Shown here: one piece after another, positions 20,375-29,866 of the stretch
How positions within the stretch are numbered: position 1 is the stretch's first letter
Layout: the number at the start of each line of letters is the position of its first letter
NCBI GenBank assembly: GCA_963703955.1
Contig: CAVPGK010000013.1
Location: 128,001-192,000, forward strand
From: Nitrospirota bacterium
GTDB lineage: Bacteria > Nitrospirota > Nitrospiria > Nitrospirales > Nitrospiraceae
DNA length: 64,000 nt
Direction: 5' to 3'
Notes under the pieces: model-generated
Seen by the model: the letters and a program-made list of their open reading frames with translations, nothing else
Database searches by the model: none
Told to the model about the DNA's origin: nothing
Translations under genes and position numbers: made by a program

Positions 20375-21346
20375 TTAGAGTAGAGCCGTTGCAATAGTCA
20401 GGTAGACCGCTACGCTCAGGAGATCTTGCACCACGGTCGCAATGGGCCCGCTCGCAAGCGCGGGATCTGTTCCAATCCGGTCAAGCCCCCAGGGCAGGAG
20501 GCTCGCCACCAGTGTCGCGATGAGTGATGTGGTTGCCAATGTCAATCCGATTACGATTGCTAACTGCCCCCGCCCATCGACGATCCACAGCCCAACTCCT
20601 GCCAACCCGCCGATACTCAATCCGATAAGCAGGCCAAGGGTTCCTTCTCGTAACAGTTGAGTGAGAAGCGGAACGCGACCATAGGCCAAGGCGCGAACCA
20701 GTACCGTTTCGGTTTGTGTGCCAACGGCATCGGCCATATAGACTACGAGCGGGAGGAAGAAGGCCAGGGCAATTTCCCTTTCCAGAGCCGCTTCAAAGGT
20801 TCTGGCGACCCCGGCTGCCAACCAACCTCCAACTAAGCCGATCATGAGCCACGGAACTCTGGCCTTGAACGCGTTGAGAGTATTGTGCGTCTCGGTTGGA
20901 GCTGGATGAAACGTCCCGACGCCTGCGGTGCGGAGAAGATCGTCCACGTGCTCCTCATGAAGCAATGCCAGCAGACGCCCAATGGGAATCGCGCCGAGTA
21001 GCGTCCGGTTGGCATCAACCACAGTGACATCCGCGTCATGTCGCTCGACCGCCAACAGCGCAACGGTCTCAGCATTTTCATCGGGAGAGACTTCCAGGGG
21101 CGGGAGCCCACGCAAGTCATCAAGGCACTGATCCGGTAATGCCGCAAGCAATCGCTCCACCGGCACCTGTCCCACAAGCCGAGACTTGTCATCGACAAGA
21201 TAGAGGTGACCGGCTTCGTCCGGAGGATGGGCGTGCAGCGCGGTCAGGGCGTGGTCGACCGTATCCTCAGGGTGGGCGCGTGGGATGGACGAGGTCATCA
21301 CATCAGTGGCCGTGAGTCGGCCGTCTTTGAGGGAGGTTTCTTGCAC
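20375..21346 (-). CDS. mgtE: MgtE-like magnesium transporter (CBS plus membrane domain)
   Basis: ARVPWL, VGTQT, DPALASGPIATVVQD. Confidence 0.85.
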   Translation of the reverse strand: MQETSLKDGRLTATDVMTSSIPRAHPEDTVDHALTALHAHPPDEAGHLYLVDDKSRLVGQVPVERLLAALPDQCLDDLRGLPPLEVSPDENAETVALLAVERHDADVTVVDANRTLLGAIPIGRLLALLHEEHVDDLLRTAGVGTFHPAPTETHNTLNAFKARVPWLMIGLVGGWLAAGVARTFEAALEREIALAFFLPLVVYMADAVGTQTETVLVRALAYGRVPLLTQLLREGTLGLLIGLSIGGLAGVGLWIVDGRGQLAIVIGLTLATTSLIATLVASLLPWGLDRIGTDPALASGPIATVVQDLLSVAVYLTIATALL

Positions 21347-21355
21347 GCGGTCGAC

Positions 21356-22050
21356 CTACGAGAGAAAGGCCTTTCTCACGCGAATCAGAAAGTGATCAAG
21401 AACTTTCGGATCGGCTTCATGACGGCAGTGAGAGAGAAGACCGGTGGCGACTTCTGTCCAAAGCTCCGCGAGGTCGATCACTTCACCTGCGCGGAAGGGG
21501 GCGTCTTTGAGGTCTGCAATGGTCTTGCCGATCGGCGTGTCGGCAATCCGAATGGTGAAACGGCCGGTCTCCAGGAGCTCACACAGGTTGTACAGGACAC
21601 GTATAGAGGCGGCGGCATATTTTGCAGGCCGTCCATCTTTTTCTCCAAGAACTTCTTCCGTTGGTTGAGGGCATATCCGACGAAGGATTCGTAGGCTCGT
21701 TGGGGAGACCAGACTGAGGGGAACAGCGATCTGAGTTCCTCTCCCCAATGATCCATCGTGACGACCGGCGCCAGAAAGGTTTCCAGGATCAACGGCTGGC
21801 ACTCGGCGGCGAGCGACAGGAAGAGGCCGATCTCCCAGGCGCTTTCATCTGCGACGCTCTTGATCATGCGAGCGCCTTGATACCTATAGCCGACGCGAAA
21901 CATCTCCGCCGTCGGGACCACGAACACGCTGCGGTAGTCCGCGTCGCTTTCAGGACCCGCGAGCCCGTGAGCCTGTGACCCAACAAGCACTTTCAAAATC
22001 GTGTGTTTGGTGTCCCTGGCTTCGGATCGCATTTCAGGGATCCCGTGCAC
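21356..22050 (-). CDS. Pol-beta superfamily nucleotidyltransferase (RlaP/YcgL-like), frameshifted near 21640
   Basis: VGSQAHGLAGPESDADYRSVF motif; the C-terminus continues in the 21356 frame after a 1-nt slip in an A run. Confidence 0.75.
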
Positions 22051-22111
22051 AAAACCTTGCGCATCGCTCCTTCTCCTCGTTCGATTGACGTCCTGTCACC
22101 CGCGGTGTCAC

Positions 22112-22457
22112 TCAGTGACCGTTCGTGACGAACACGGCGTGCTGGACCGTGATATCCCTGAAGACCTGTCGCTTCTTGATACTGTGGCGCTCTTCCGAGC
22201 TCAACAGTTCGGCCAGTGTCTTGACCGCCTCGATCACGTGTTCGCCCTTGTTCAGCATCACGCATTCCGCCCGCTGCCCCATCGCCGCATCGGTGATCTC
22301 GGCGCGGGCGGGCATCCCGCGCTTGGCCAGGGTGTCAAGCACCTGGGTCGCCCAGATCACCGGAACGTGAAAGCAACTGTTCCAGAAGGTCGGGCTGGGG
22401 GAATGGTGTCGGTGCGGTTACCGATCTCTCTCAGCTCTTCTTGGTGGTTCTGGGCAT
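22112..22457 (-). pseudogene. pyk: Pyruvate kinase relic with a large internal deletion
   Basis: [28 protein letters not shown] joined to a short apparent N-terminus. Confidence 0.8.
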
Positions 22458-22486
22458 GAAACTTTCCGACAACTCAGCACTGGCAC

Positions 22487-22924
22487 TTACAGCCAATAGT
22501 TGGCGAGCGCCTTCGCATACCCATAGAGCAGATCCCGCCGCGCCACGATGCCGACGAGGGTCTTCTCCCTGACCACAGGCACACGGATCAACAAGTCGCG
22601 CTGGAACAGCACCATTAGGTCGGTGAACGGCATGTCTTCCGTGACGGTCGCCACGGTACGGGTCATGATGTCTTCAGCCTTCACATCTCGCAGGTCCTTG
22701 CCTTCGTCCAGCGCCTTCAGCAGATCGAATTCATCGACGAGCCCAAGGAAAGTCTGATACAAGTCAACGACGGGGACGCTCCCAAAGTTCTGTTTCGTCA
22801 GGATTTCTGCGATGGTCAACCCTGATGTCTCCAGGCGCACGGTCATCACAGCGTTCTGCATCAGCTGGCGCACGGTCAGGGTCTTGGGATCTTCGCTTAT
22901 GACCTTGTACTCTGTCGCTCTCAT
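22487..22924 (-). CDS. CBS-domain protein
   Basis: FGSVPVV..EFDLL; RVPVV..VGIVARRDLL; paralog of 6039-6473. Confidence 0.9.
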   Translation of the reverse strand: MRATEYKVISEDPKTLTVRQLMQNAVMTVRLETSGLTIAEILTKQNFGSVPVVDLYQTFLGLVDEFDLLKALDEGKDLRDVKAEDIMTRTVATVTEDMPFTDLMVLFQRDLLIRVPVVREKTLVGIVARRDLLYGYAKALANYWL

Positions 22925-23060
22925 AAGTCCTCCTTTGTTCTCCGACGTCATTCGACGTCATCGTTACGCAGTAGAGTGAGTCGTACCCACACCGCCTTTC
23001 GTTTCGCCAAGCACCTATCTCGCGTCAAGAGCACCGCATCCGCCAAAAACGCCAGTCGGT

Positions 23061-23225
23061 TCAGCTCTTCTTTGTCGTCCTGGCGATGAAACTGGTGATT
23101 AACTGTTGCATGTTCTTGCTGCTGCAGGCGGGACAGGTAACGGCCACGGTCTCATGCTCTTTGAGCGTCATGGCAATGAGGGATTCCTTTCCGCAATCCA
23201 GACACTTGTAGTCATACATGGGCAT
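23061..23225 (-). CDS. FmdB-family zinc-ribbon protein
   Basis: MPMYDYKCLDCG...CPACSS. Confidence 0.85.
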   Translation of the reverse strand: MPMYDYKCLDCGKESLIAMTLKEHETVAVTCPACSSKNMQQLITSFIARTTKKS

Positions 23226-23366
23226 GGCTGACTTCGGTAAGGGTGCTCCTCTAGCTGGTTCCGGCCCTACTAGGCCCGGTCGGCACCGTTCGGCCGGGCT
23301 CACCTTGACTCTTGATGATAAGCATCTCCTCCCGAATGCAGAAACAGTGGGTGCTGACTGAGTATC

Positions 23367-23381
23367 GCAATCGCTATGCCG
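23367..23381 (-). promoter_or_regulatory. sigma-54 promoter
   Basis: Minus strand CGGCATAGCGATTGC. Confidence 0.6.
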
Positions 23382-23587
23382 CTCTGATTTAATCCACTAA
23401 TTGGTTGATTCATTGGGCGCTTGGCAATCCATCGGTCTCCATGAGGCCAACTATGAAGGGAGAACGCACTTCGGCTGGCGCATTATTCCTCACTGCCGGA
23501 TTCCCTGATGATGACGAATGCCGCAGCATGGGAGGGTGAGCCCATGGCACCCTTTCTTCTCGGAACCTGATTGCGTATCCTGGTAGG

Positions 23588-24673
23588 ATGCCGGCCCTCC
23601 GACGACACCAACTCGAACAATACTTGCGAAATCGGTTCGGCTCTCGTGCCGAACTGTTGAGTTATGGGATTATCGGTCAGGAAACGTCCACCTCCGCGTT
23701 GAAAGGGTATGGCTATGGCGCGCCGATCCGACTCATCTTTCGGGTGGGGCGCACGGTTCGACGCGCAGTGCTTGAAACGATGAAGCCGGGACCGTTCGGT
23801 CACGAGCACGCGGCCGACCGCGCCCAGGCGCTCCTGTGGGACTTTGACTCATACGGGCGGTTGCCCCGACACGTGGCGGCCTTGGATGTCGGCGCTTTTA
23901 CCGCTCGCGGTTCCATGTTCTCGGTGGCGGGGGCTCGGGAGTTTTTTGTCTTGAACGAATGGGCAGACGGAGAAGGCTACAGTCGGGACCTTGAGCGGCT
24001 GGCCCGAACCGGTCGATTGCTGAAGCGGGATCGAGAACGGACCGATGCGCTGGCGACCTACCTGGCCCAGATCCATCGAGTCAAACGCCGCCAGCCGGAT
24101 CTCTACCGCCGCCGGCTCAGGGAATTGATCGGCCACGGCGAGTGCATTATGGGGCTGACGGATAGCTATCCGGAGCGTTTCGAATTCATCACGCCGGAGC
24201 TGCTCCGTTTGATCGAAGAGGGCTGCAATCGCTGGCGCTGGCGGTTGCGAAGTCGGTCGAGCCGTCTATCGCAGGTACACGGCGACTTTCATCCATGGAA
24301 TGTTCTGTTTCGGCGAGGGGTGGATTTCAGCGTGCTGGACCGCTCGCGCGGCGAATGGGGGGAACCGGCCGACGACGTCACATCCATGACGATCAACTAT
24401 CTGTTTGCCTCGCTGTGTCGCTGGGGGGACCTGCGCGGTCCGTTTGAAGTGCTCTTCCGGGAATTCTGGGACCGATACATGACAAAGAGCGGTGATTCGG
24501 AAGTGCTGGAAACGGCCGCCCCGTTCTTCGCGTTTCGCGGTCTTGTGATCGCAAGCCCTCTCTGGTATCCCAACCTGACGCGCGGGGTGCGTCTGAGCCT
24601 CTTCCGGTTCATTCAGAACGTCCTCGCGACGGAACGATTTGAGCCCGGCGAGGTCAATCGGTACCTCACGTAA
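23588..24673 (+). CDS. Aminoglycoside phosphotransferase-like kinase
   Basis: HGDFHPWNVL, VLDRSRGEWGEPADD. Confidence 0.85.
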   Translation: MPALRRHQLEQYLRNRFGSRAELLSYGIIGQETSTSALKGYGYGAPIRLIFRVGRTVRRAVLETMKPGPFGHEHAADRAQALLWDFDSYGRLPRHVAALDVGAFTARGSMFSVAGAREFFVLNEWADGEGYSRDLERLARTGRLLKRDRERTDALATYLAQIHRVKRRQPDLYRRRLRELIGHGECIMGLTDSYPERFEFITPELLRLIEEGCNRWRWRLRSRSSRLSQVHGDFHPWNVLFRRGVDFSVLDRSRGEWGEPADDVTSMTINYLFASLCRWGDLRGPFEVLFREFWDRYMTKSGDSEVLETAAPFFAFRGLVIASPLWYPNLTRGVRLSLFRFIQNVLATERFEPGEVNRYLT

Positions 24674-24747
24674 GAATTTGTTGATTGACGGAGCTGGTGA
24701 TTTGATGAGTTTGCAATGGGATCAATCTTTCAATCGACAAATCAATA

Positions 24748-25302
24748 ATGAGCAAATCAGCTCATGACAAGGCGTTCGCCATTTGGCTGACGGGACTTCC
24801 GGCTTCCGGCAAGAGCACGATTGCGGCGGCGTTGCACCCTCGGCTTGAAGCGCTTGGCCTGCACGTCGAAGTGCTGGAGTCGGACGCCGTGCGTCGGATT
24901 CTCACACCCACACCGACCTACTCACACGAAGAACGCGACCTGTTTTACCGGGCGCTGGCCTTTCTATGCAGCCGGTTGGTCGCCCACGGGGTCACGGTAA
25001 TTGTCGATGCCACCGCGAACCGTCGCGTCTACAGGGATTTCGCCAGGAACCTCGTCCCGGATTTTCTCGAAGTGGCGGTTGAATGTCCGCTGGACGTCTG
25101 CATGGCGCGCGATCGGAAGGGGACCTATCGCAAGGGACTGGCCGGCGAATCGACCACGGTGCCCGGACTTCAGGACGGTTACGAATCCCCGGTCTCTCCG
25201 GAACTGCGGATCGATAGCAGCCGCACCGAGTCTGGTCTTGCCGCTGATCGAATCCTCGCAACCCTACAGGAGCGACGGCTCATTTCAGCGGGGAGTGTAT
25301 GA
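24748..25302 (+). CDS. Adenylyl-sulfate kinase-like P-loop kinase
   Basis: WLTGLPASGKST, LESDAVR, RDRKGTY, YESP. Confidence 0.8.
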   Translation: MSKSAHDKAFAIWLTGLPASGKSTIAAALHPRLEALGLHVEVLESDAVRRILTPTPTYSHEERDLFYRALAFLCSRLVAHGVTVIVDATANRRVYRDFARNLVPDFLEVAVECPLDVCMARDRKGTYRKGLAGESTTVPGLQDGYESPVSPELRIDSSRTESGLAADRILATLQERRLISAGSV

Positions 25303-25314
25303 CGTGATGGTTGG

Positions 25315-26178
25315 TCACCGGATGATCAGCACGGGGTAGGGAGCCAGGTGCAGGACCTTGTGGGACACGCTGCCCAGCAGAAACCGGGAGGCCCCTTTCC
25401 GTCCACGACTGCCGAGGAGGATCAGGTCCATCTTCATGTCTGTCGCGTGCTGAAGAATCGCGTGTACCGGAGATCCGATTGTCGTGACGGGGGTCGCCCG
25501 ATACTGGACCGTAGACAGCTGAGCGGCTACATCCTCGACAAATCTGGAGGCGCTTCGCAACGCCATTTCCTTCATTGACTGGGTATCTGAGACTCGTTCA
25601 GTCCATATCGGGTGGGTGAATGGGAGCACCGTCAGGACCGTGATCTCGACCGGATTCTTGAACGGCTTCTTCTTGAAGAATCGGATGGCCGCCTCTGCAT
25701 CGTCGAGACCTTCGATCGCCAGAAGCACCCGTCTCAAAGACAGGATCGGCGTGCGGATGGTCAACACGGGGCAGGGCGCGTAAGTCACTACCCGGTGGGA
25801 CACGCTGCCGAAAGCGATTTCCTTGATCGGGCCAAGGCCCCGCGCTCCCATCACGATCAGATCCGCCCGTTCTTTTTCCGCGGTGGATACGATCACTTCC
25901 GCCGGTATCCCGACTTCAAGATGCGTGGAGATGGGTCCCACCGTGTTCGGGAGAATCGAGGCGACCCGATTAACCAGGCGTTTACCGTCTTCCCGCATGC
26001 TTTGTTCAACCATTGTGGAAAGCTCGCGCACAGCCTCCGGGACGATCATGGGATAGGCGGGCTCCGGCACATCAAGCGCGTGAAGGACGATGATCTGTTC
26101 AGACGCAGGCAGGTGAGCAAGTGCTCGGGCTGCGTTATAGGACTGTTCTGAGTCGTCCACTGGCAACAGAATGCGCAA
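25315..26178 (-). CDS. Universal stress protein (tandem USP)
   Basis: DLIVMGARG..GSVS; LGSRGRKG..LGSVS. Confidence 0.92.
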   Translation of the reverse strand: MRILLPVDDSEQSYNAARALAHLPASEQIIVLHALDVPEPAYPMIVPEAVRELSTMVEQSMREDGKRLVNRVASILPNTVGPISTHLEVGIPAEVIVSTAEKERADLIVMGARGLGPIKEIAFGSVSHRVVTYAPCPVLTIRTPILSLRRVLLAIEGLDDAEAAIRFFKKKPFKNPVEITVLTVLPFTHPIWTERVSDTQSMKEMALRSASRFVEDVAAQLSTVQYRATPVTTIGSPVHAILQHATDMKMDLILLGSRGRKGASRFLLGSVSHKVLHLAPYPVLIIR

Positions 26179-26201
26179 GGGACCCTCCGTAAACTCGATC
26201 G

Positions 26202-26861
26202 TTATAGGTCACTGCCCAGGTTCGACACATAGCGCCGGAACCATCCGCCTGCGTGGTTGGCGACCTGTTCCAGCGCTCCCGGCTCTTCGAAGAGATGCGT
26301 CGCTCCCGGTATGACGATGAGTTGCTTGGGACCCGTAAGCAAGGCGAGGGCCTGCCGGTTCATCTCAATGACGGGAAAGTCATGGCCCCCGACGATCAGG
26401 AGGGTGGGCGCGAGAACTTGTCGCAAGTACGGTTCGGCAAGGTCCGGTCGCCCCCCTCGCGATACCACCGCGGCGACCGTTTCTGGCTGTCGAGCAGCAG
26501 CCTGGAGAGCCGCCCCGGCACCGGTGCTTGCCCCGAAATAGCCGATGCGCAGCGCGCGTGTGCCTGGATCGTCATTCAGCCACTGAGTGGCTGCTAGTAG
26601 GCGGTCGGCCAGCAGGTCAATGTCGAACACCTTCGCGCGATCTTCAGATTCTCCTTCTCCCAACAGATCGATCATGAGAGTGGCCAGGCCGCTGTCCTGC
26701 AGGGTGCGCGCGACGAACGTATTACGAGGACTCAGCCGCCCGCTGCCGCTTCCATGCGCGAACAGCACGACACCGGTCGGACCGGGCGGGACGACAAGGA
26801 GACCATCAAGAGTCATCCTCCCGGCTTTCACCTGAACTGGACGGGTTGTTCTCACGTCCAT
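26202..26861 (-). CDS. Dienelactone hydrolase-like alpha/beta hydrolase
   Basis: FAHGSGSGRLSPRN, GYFGASTG, VSRGGRPDL, GATHLFEE. Start uncertain. Confidence 0.88.
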   Translation of the reverse strand: MDVRTTRPVQVKAGRMTLDGLLVVPPGPTGVVLFAHGSGSGRLSPRNTFVARTLQDSGLATLMIDLLGEGESEDRAKVFDIDLLADRLLAATQWLNDDPGTRALRIGYFGASTGAGAALQAAARQPETVAAVVSRGGRPDLAEPYLRQVLAPTLLIVGGHDFPVIEMNRQALALLTGPKQLIVIPGATHLFEEPGALEQVANHAGGWFRRYVSNLGSDL

Positions 26862-26933
26862 CGTCGGCCAACCAGATGAACTCCGTGCGTGCGCCATGCC
26901 TGATCACTCAACTAATACCTTCGGCGGGATATT

Positions 26934-27026
26934 TCAATGACATTCGGTCGGGCAGAAAACAATATACAGAAAGATCGCGATTCCGATGAGGACGGCGCCG
27001 ACTATCAGCCAGGTGGTTCGTTGCAT
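26934..27026 (-). CDS. 30-aa single-TM microprotein MQRTTWLIVGAVLIGIAIFLYIVFCPTECH
   Basis: RBS AAAGAGGA, upstream sigma-54 promoter, TM helix and C-terminal CxxxCH; absent from the ORF track. Confidence 0.7.
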   Translation of the reverse strand: MQRTTWLIVGAVLIGIAIFLYIVFCPTECH

Positions 27027-27072
27027 GCGGTCCTCTTTATAACTGACCTTCGTCCATCGCAATTCGCTATGC

Positions 27073-27087
27073 GCAAGAGCGGTGCCA
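27073..27087 (-). promoter_or_regulatory. sigma-54 promoter
   Basis: Minus strand TGGCACCGCTCTTGC, the consensus TGGCAC-N5-TTGC. Confidence 0.8.
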
Positions 27088-27137
27088 ATACTAATCAGCC
27101 GAAATGACCAGAGGCTGTCGACGCGATGGAGAGGTCT

Positions 27138-27187
27138 TGTAGCCTTCTGCTACAGGGGTGCCGGTGTGACTGTCGCAGGACTCCCCA
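27138..27187. promoter_or_regulatory. Paired candidate activator sites between divergent sigma-54 promoters
   Basis: TGTAGCCTTCTGCTACA (27138-27154) and TGTCGCAGGACTCCCCA (27171-27187). Confidence 0.6.
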
Positions 27188-27270
27188 TTGGTTCCCGCTA
27201 AGTCTTCGTTCTCCATCGCGGAATGCGCGCCGTTTTCAGCCAAACTCTCATCGCTTGAAATTGCGAGAAA

Positions 27271-27285
27271 TGGCATTTCCCTTGC
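27271..27285 (+). promoter_or_regulatory. sigma-54 promoter
   Basis: TGGCATTTCCCTTGC. Confidence 0.75.
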
Positions 27286-27319
27286 TCCATGAACCACCGA
27301 GCACAAGCAAAGGGACGTT

Positions 27320-27818
27320 ATGGGCATGATCACCGACTTTATGGCGAAGGACCATGATCGGTTGGACAACCTGTTCAATCGATTTCACGCTGCAAAGGCG
27401 ACGGAAATCGAATCCGCCATACGGCTATTTTCGGAGTTCAAGCGTGGGCTGCAGCGCCACATTCTCTGGGGAGAGCACATTCTCTTCCCCGTGTTTGAGA
27501 GCCGCACCGGCATGGAGGAGCAGGGTCCTACCGCCGTCATGCGTACGGAGCATCGTCAGATCAAAGGGTTTCTCGAGCAGATCCATGACCACCTCGCGAA
27601 GAAAGAGACGGATACGGACGGTTTCGAACAGGATTTGGTCGAGACCCTTGCCAAACATAACCGGAAGGAAGAAACTGTTCTCCGTGGGTCGACCGATGCG
27701 TATCCGGACGGAAGCAGAGGCCTTGATAACTCGCATGAAGGTCGTTCCGGAGGAGGAATACCATCACTGCTGCGGATCGAGTGATGTTCAGCATGATGAA
27801 GGAAAGTCCGCCGTCTGA
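27320..27818 (+). pseudogene. Hemerythrin-domain protein, frameshifted at the 3' end
   Basis: DHDRLD, RHILWGEHILFP, EHRQI, HNRKEE; the frame breaks near 27680-27710. Confidence 0.75.
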
Positions 27819-27828
27819 AGGAGGAACT

Positions 27829-28347
27829 GTGGCGAACGGATTGTTTCCGAAGATTCTGGTTCCTATCGATTTCTCAGCTTGCTCGGAAGAAGCCTTCCGA
27901 GTGGCCCTGGCGCTTGCTCGGGTGTTTCTATCCGAAGTGCTGCTTCTGCACGTCGTCGATACGAAGAGCCTCGCGACCCTGAACGGGCTGGGCCTTGCTC
28001 GCCCTTCCGAGGAGGTAGCCCAAAGGAAGCGCCTGAACCACCAGGCTCGCCTGAATGCTCGTCGACTCGTCAATTCGGATGCGGCAAAGGGCGTTCCGAT
28101 TCGGCGACTCGTCTTGGAAGGCTCTCCCTTCATCGAAATCGCGCGCACCGCGAGGACCGAGCAGGCCAGCTTGATCGTGATGGGCAGCTATGGGGGACAA
28201 ACCGGAAACGTGGAAAAGATTTTCTTCGGGAGCACCGCCGAGAAAGTCGTACGGACCGGGGGGTGTCCTGTGCTGTGTGTTCCGTTGCCGGGCCGTCCGA
28301 CCACGCACCCGACACCGGCCGCCTTGCGGCCCAAGGAGGAACGATGA
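27829..28347 (+). CDS. Universal stress protein
   Basis: KILVPIDFS, LIVMGSYG, FGSTAEKVVR. Confidence 0.9.
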   Translation: MANGLFPKILVPIDFSACSEEAFRVALALARVFLSEVLLLHVVDTKSLATLNGLGLARPSEEVAQRKRLNHQARLNARRLVNSDAAKGVPIRRLVLEGSPFIEIARTARTEQASLIVMGSYGGQTGNVEKIFFGSTAEKVVRTGGCPVLCVPLPGRPTTHPTPAALRPKEER

Positions 28348-28769
28348 GCCAGAGAGCATCATGGAGACGATGGAGCACTAGGTTGGTCCTAGCCGGATGC
28401 CTAACGGCAGGCGTGCTGGCACAGGCCGGCGCCCAGATTGAACAGCGCGTGGAGGTCACGATCAAAGACTTTACCTTTATCACCAAGCAGGTGCCGCTCA
28501 TGCCGAATGTTCCTACCGTCATCACGATCCGAAATGACGATGAGGTACGACATGATTTCGGCTCGTCTGTTTTTCAGAACACCCTGACTCATGTGGAAAG
28601 CGACGGCGTCATTTCGTACGGACAAGGCATCGGCGGCCTGTTCCTGGATCCGAGCCGAGATGCGTCGGTGAGGTTCGTCATCGAACAACCGGGACGATAC
28701 GAATTTCGATGTTCGATTCATCCCAAGATGAGAGGGGAGCTTCTGTTACTGAACATCGGCGCCGTATAG
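28344..28769 (+). CDS. Cupredoxin-domain protein
   Basis: Signal peptide; His (RHDF) plus CSIHPKM type-1 copper ligands. Confidence 0.85.
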   Translation: MSQRASWRRWSTRLVLAGCLTAGVLAQAGAQIEQRVEVTIKDFTFITKQVPLMPNVPTVITIRNDDEVRHDFGSSVFQNTLTHVESDGVISYGQGIGGLFLDPSRDASVRFVIEQPGRYEFRCSIHPKMRGELLLLNIGAV

Positions 28770-28782
28770 AACGGGAGTCTTC

Positions 28783-29742
28783 ATGACGGCACGGATCAAA
28801 AAGATCTTACTGGCCACGGATTTTTCTGACTGCGCGGCGCTCGCGCAGGAGCAGGCTGTATTCCTGGCTAAGGCGGCCGGCGCCGGGTTGGATGTCGTTC
28901 ATGTGATCGAGCTGTATCCCGGCTTAGACCCGGAGTATCCCGTCAATCATCTCTACCTGGAGCAGGTCCGGAAGGAAACCAGCCGACAGCTTGAGGCGGC
29001 CGTGAACCGCATGATCCAAAGCGGAGTGGTCGTCGCAGGCCATCAGGTCATCGGCATGCCAAGCCAGAAGATCAGCGAATTGGCGAAAACACTTGGTACT
29101 GACCTCATCGTCATGGGGACCCACGGGCGCACCGGATTGGATCATGTCTTGCTTGGCAGTACGGCGGAACGGGTCGTGACAAGCGCCCCGTGTCCGGTCA
29201 TGACCATCCGGTCTGAGAAACGAGATGAACAGCACAGCAGTCCCATCAGTCTTCGAGGTATCCTGGCGCCAATTGATTTCTCGGATGGTTCGTTGGAGGC
29301 ATTGGACTATGGGGTACGGGTCGCCAAACAGTTCGGCGCCTCGTTGACAATTCTCCATGTGCTCGAACCGGTGTCCTATGGCCTGGACTTCACCCTGTCT
29401 CGCACAGCCGAACGAGAGAGCCTCAAGGAGCGCACGGAATCGCGATTGGCCGGATTGGTTGAGATCGTGAAAGCGGAGGGTGTCCCTGCGCGTTCTGAAG
29501 TGCGTGGCGGGATCCCAAGCGATACGATTGTGCGCGCCGCTCACGATTCCTCCTGCGATCTCATCATCATGGGCACGCACGGACGGCGAGGCTTGTCTCA
29601 CGTGGTCAGCGGAAGCGTGGCGGAAGCGGTGTTGCGTCGGGCTTCCTGTCCTGTGTTGATGGTCAAGAGGCAGACCCGCATCCCGCATTACCTGCAACTC
29701 TCAATCGGAGGGAAGGAAGATCATGAAAAAAGCTCAGTGTAG
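28783..29742 (+). CDS. Universal stress protein (tandem USP)
   Basis: Two MGTHGR..GS motifs. Confidence 0.92.
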   Translation: MTARIKKILLATDFSDCAALAQEQAVFLAKAAGAGLDVVHVIELYPGLDPEYPVNHLYLEQVRKETSRQLEAAVNRMIQSGVVVAGHQVIGMPSQKISELAKTLGTDLIVMGTHGRTGLDHVLLGSTAERVVTSAPCPVMTIRSEKRDEQHSSPISLRGILAPIDFSDGSLEALDYGVRVAKQFGASLTILHVLEPVSYGLDFTLSRTAERESLKERTESRLAGLVEIVKAEGVPARSEVRGGIPSDTIVRAAHDSSCDLIIMGTHGRRGLSHVVSGSVAEAVLRRASCPVLMVKRQTRIPHYLQLSIGGKEDHEKSSV

Positions 29743-29866
29743 CGAACCATTGAAAGCATCTCGACGCCCCGAACCCCAATCGATAAGAAGAGGTGGCCGC
29801 GCCCTGAACGCTTGGCTTGAGGCGGAAACGATCGTCATGGAGGAGATCCATGAAGCCCATCAGTGA
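29723..29866 (+). CDS. DUF2934-like small ORF, possibly degenerate
   Basis: GRALNAWLEAE resembles the DWLxAE motif; overlaps both neighbours. Confidence 0.4.
   Translation: MKKAQCSEPLKASRRPEPQSIRRGGRALNAWLEAETIVMEEIHEAHQ

Noticed and set aside
21630..21650. Programmed ribosomal frameshift in the nucleotidyltransferase
   Set aside because: Many unrelated indels occur in the window, so error or decay is the simpler explanation.
23545..23559. sigma-54-like TGGCAC at 23545 (also TGGCAT near 8653 and TGGCAC at 11221)
   Set aside because: They lack GC at -12.
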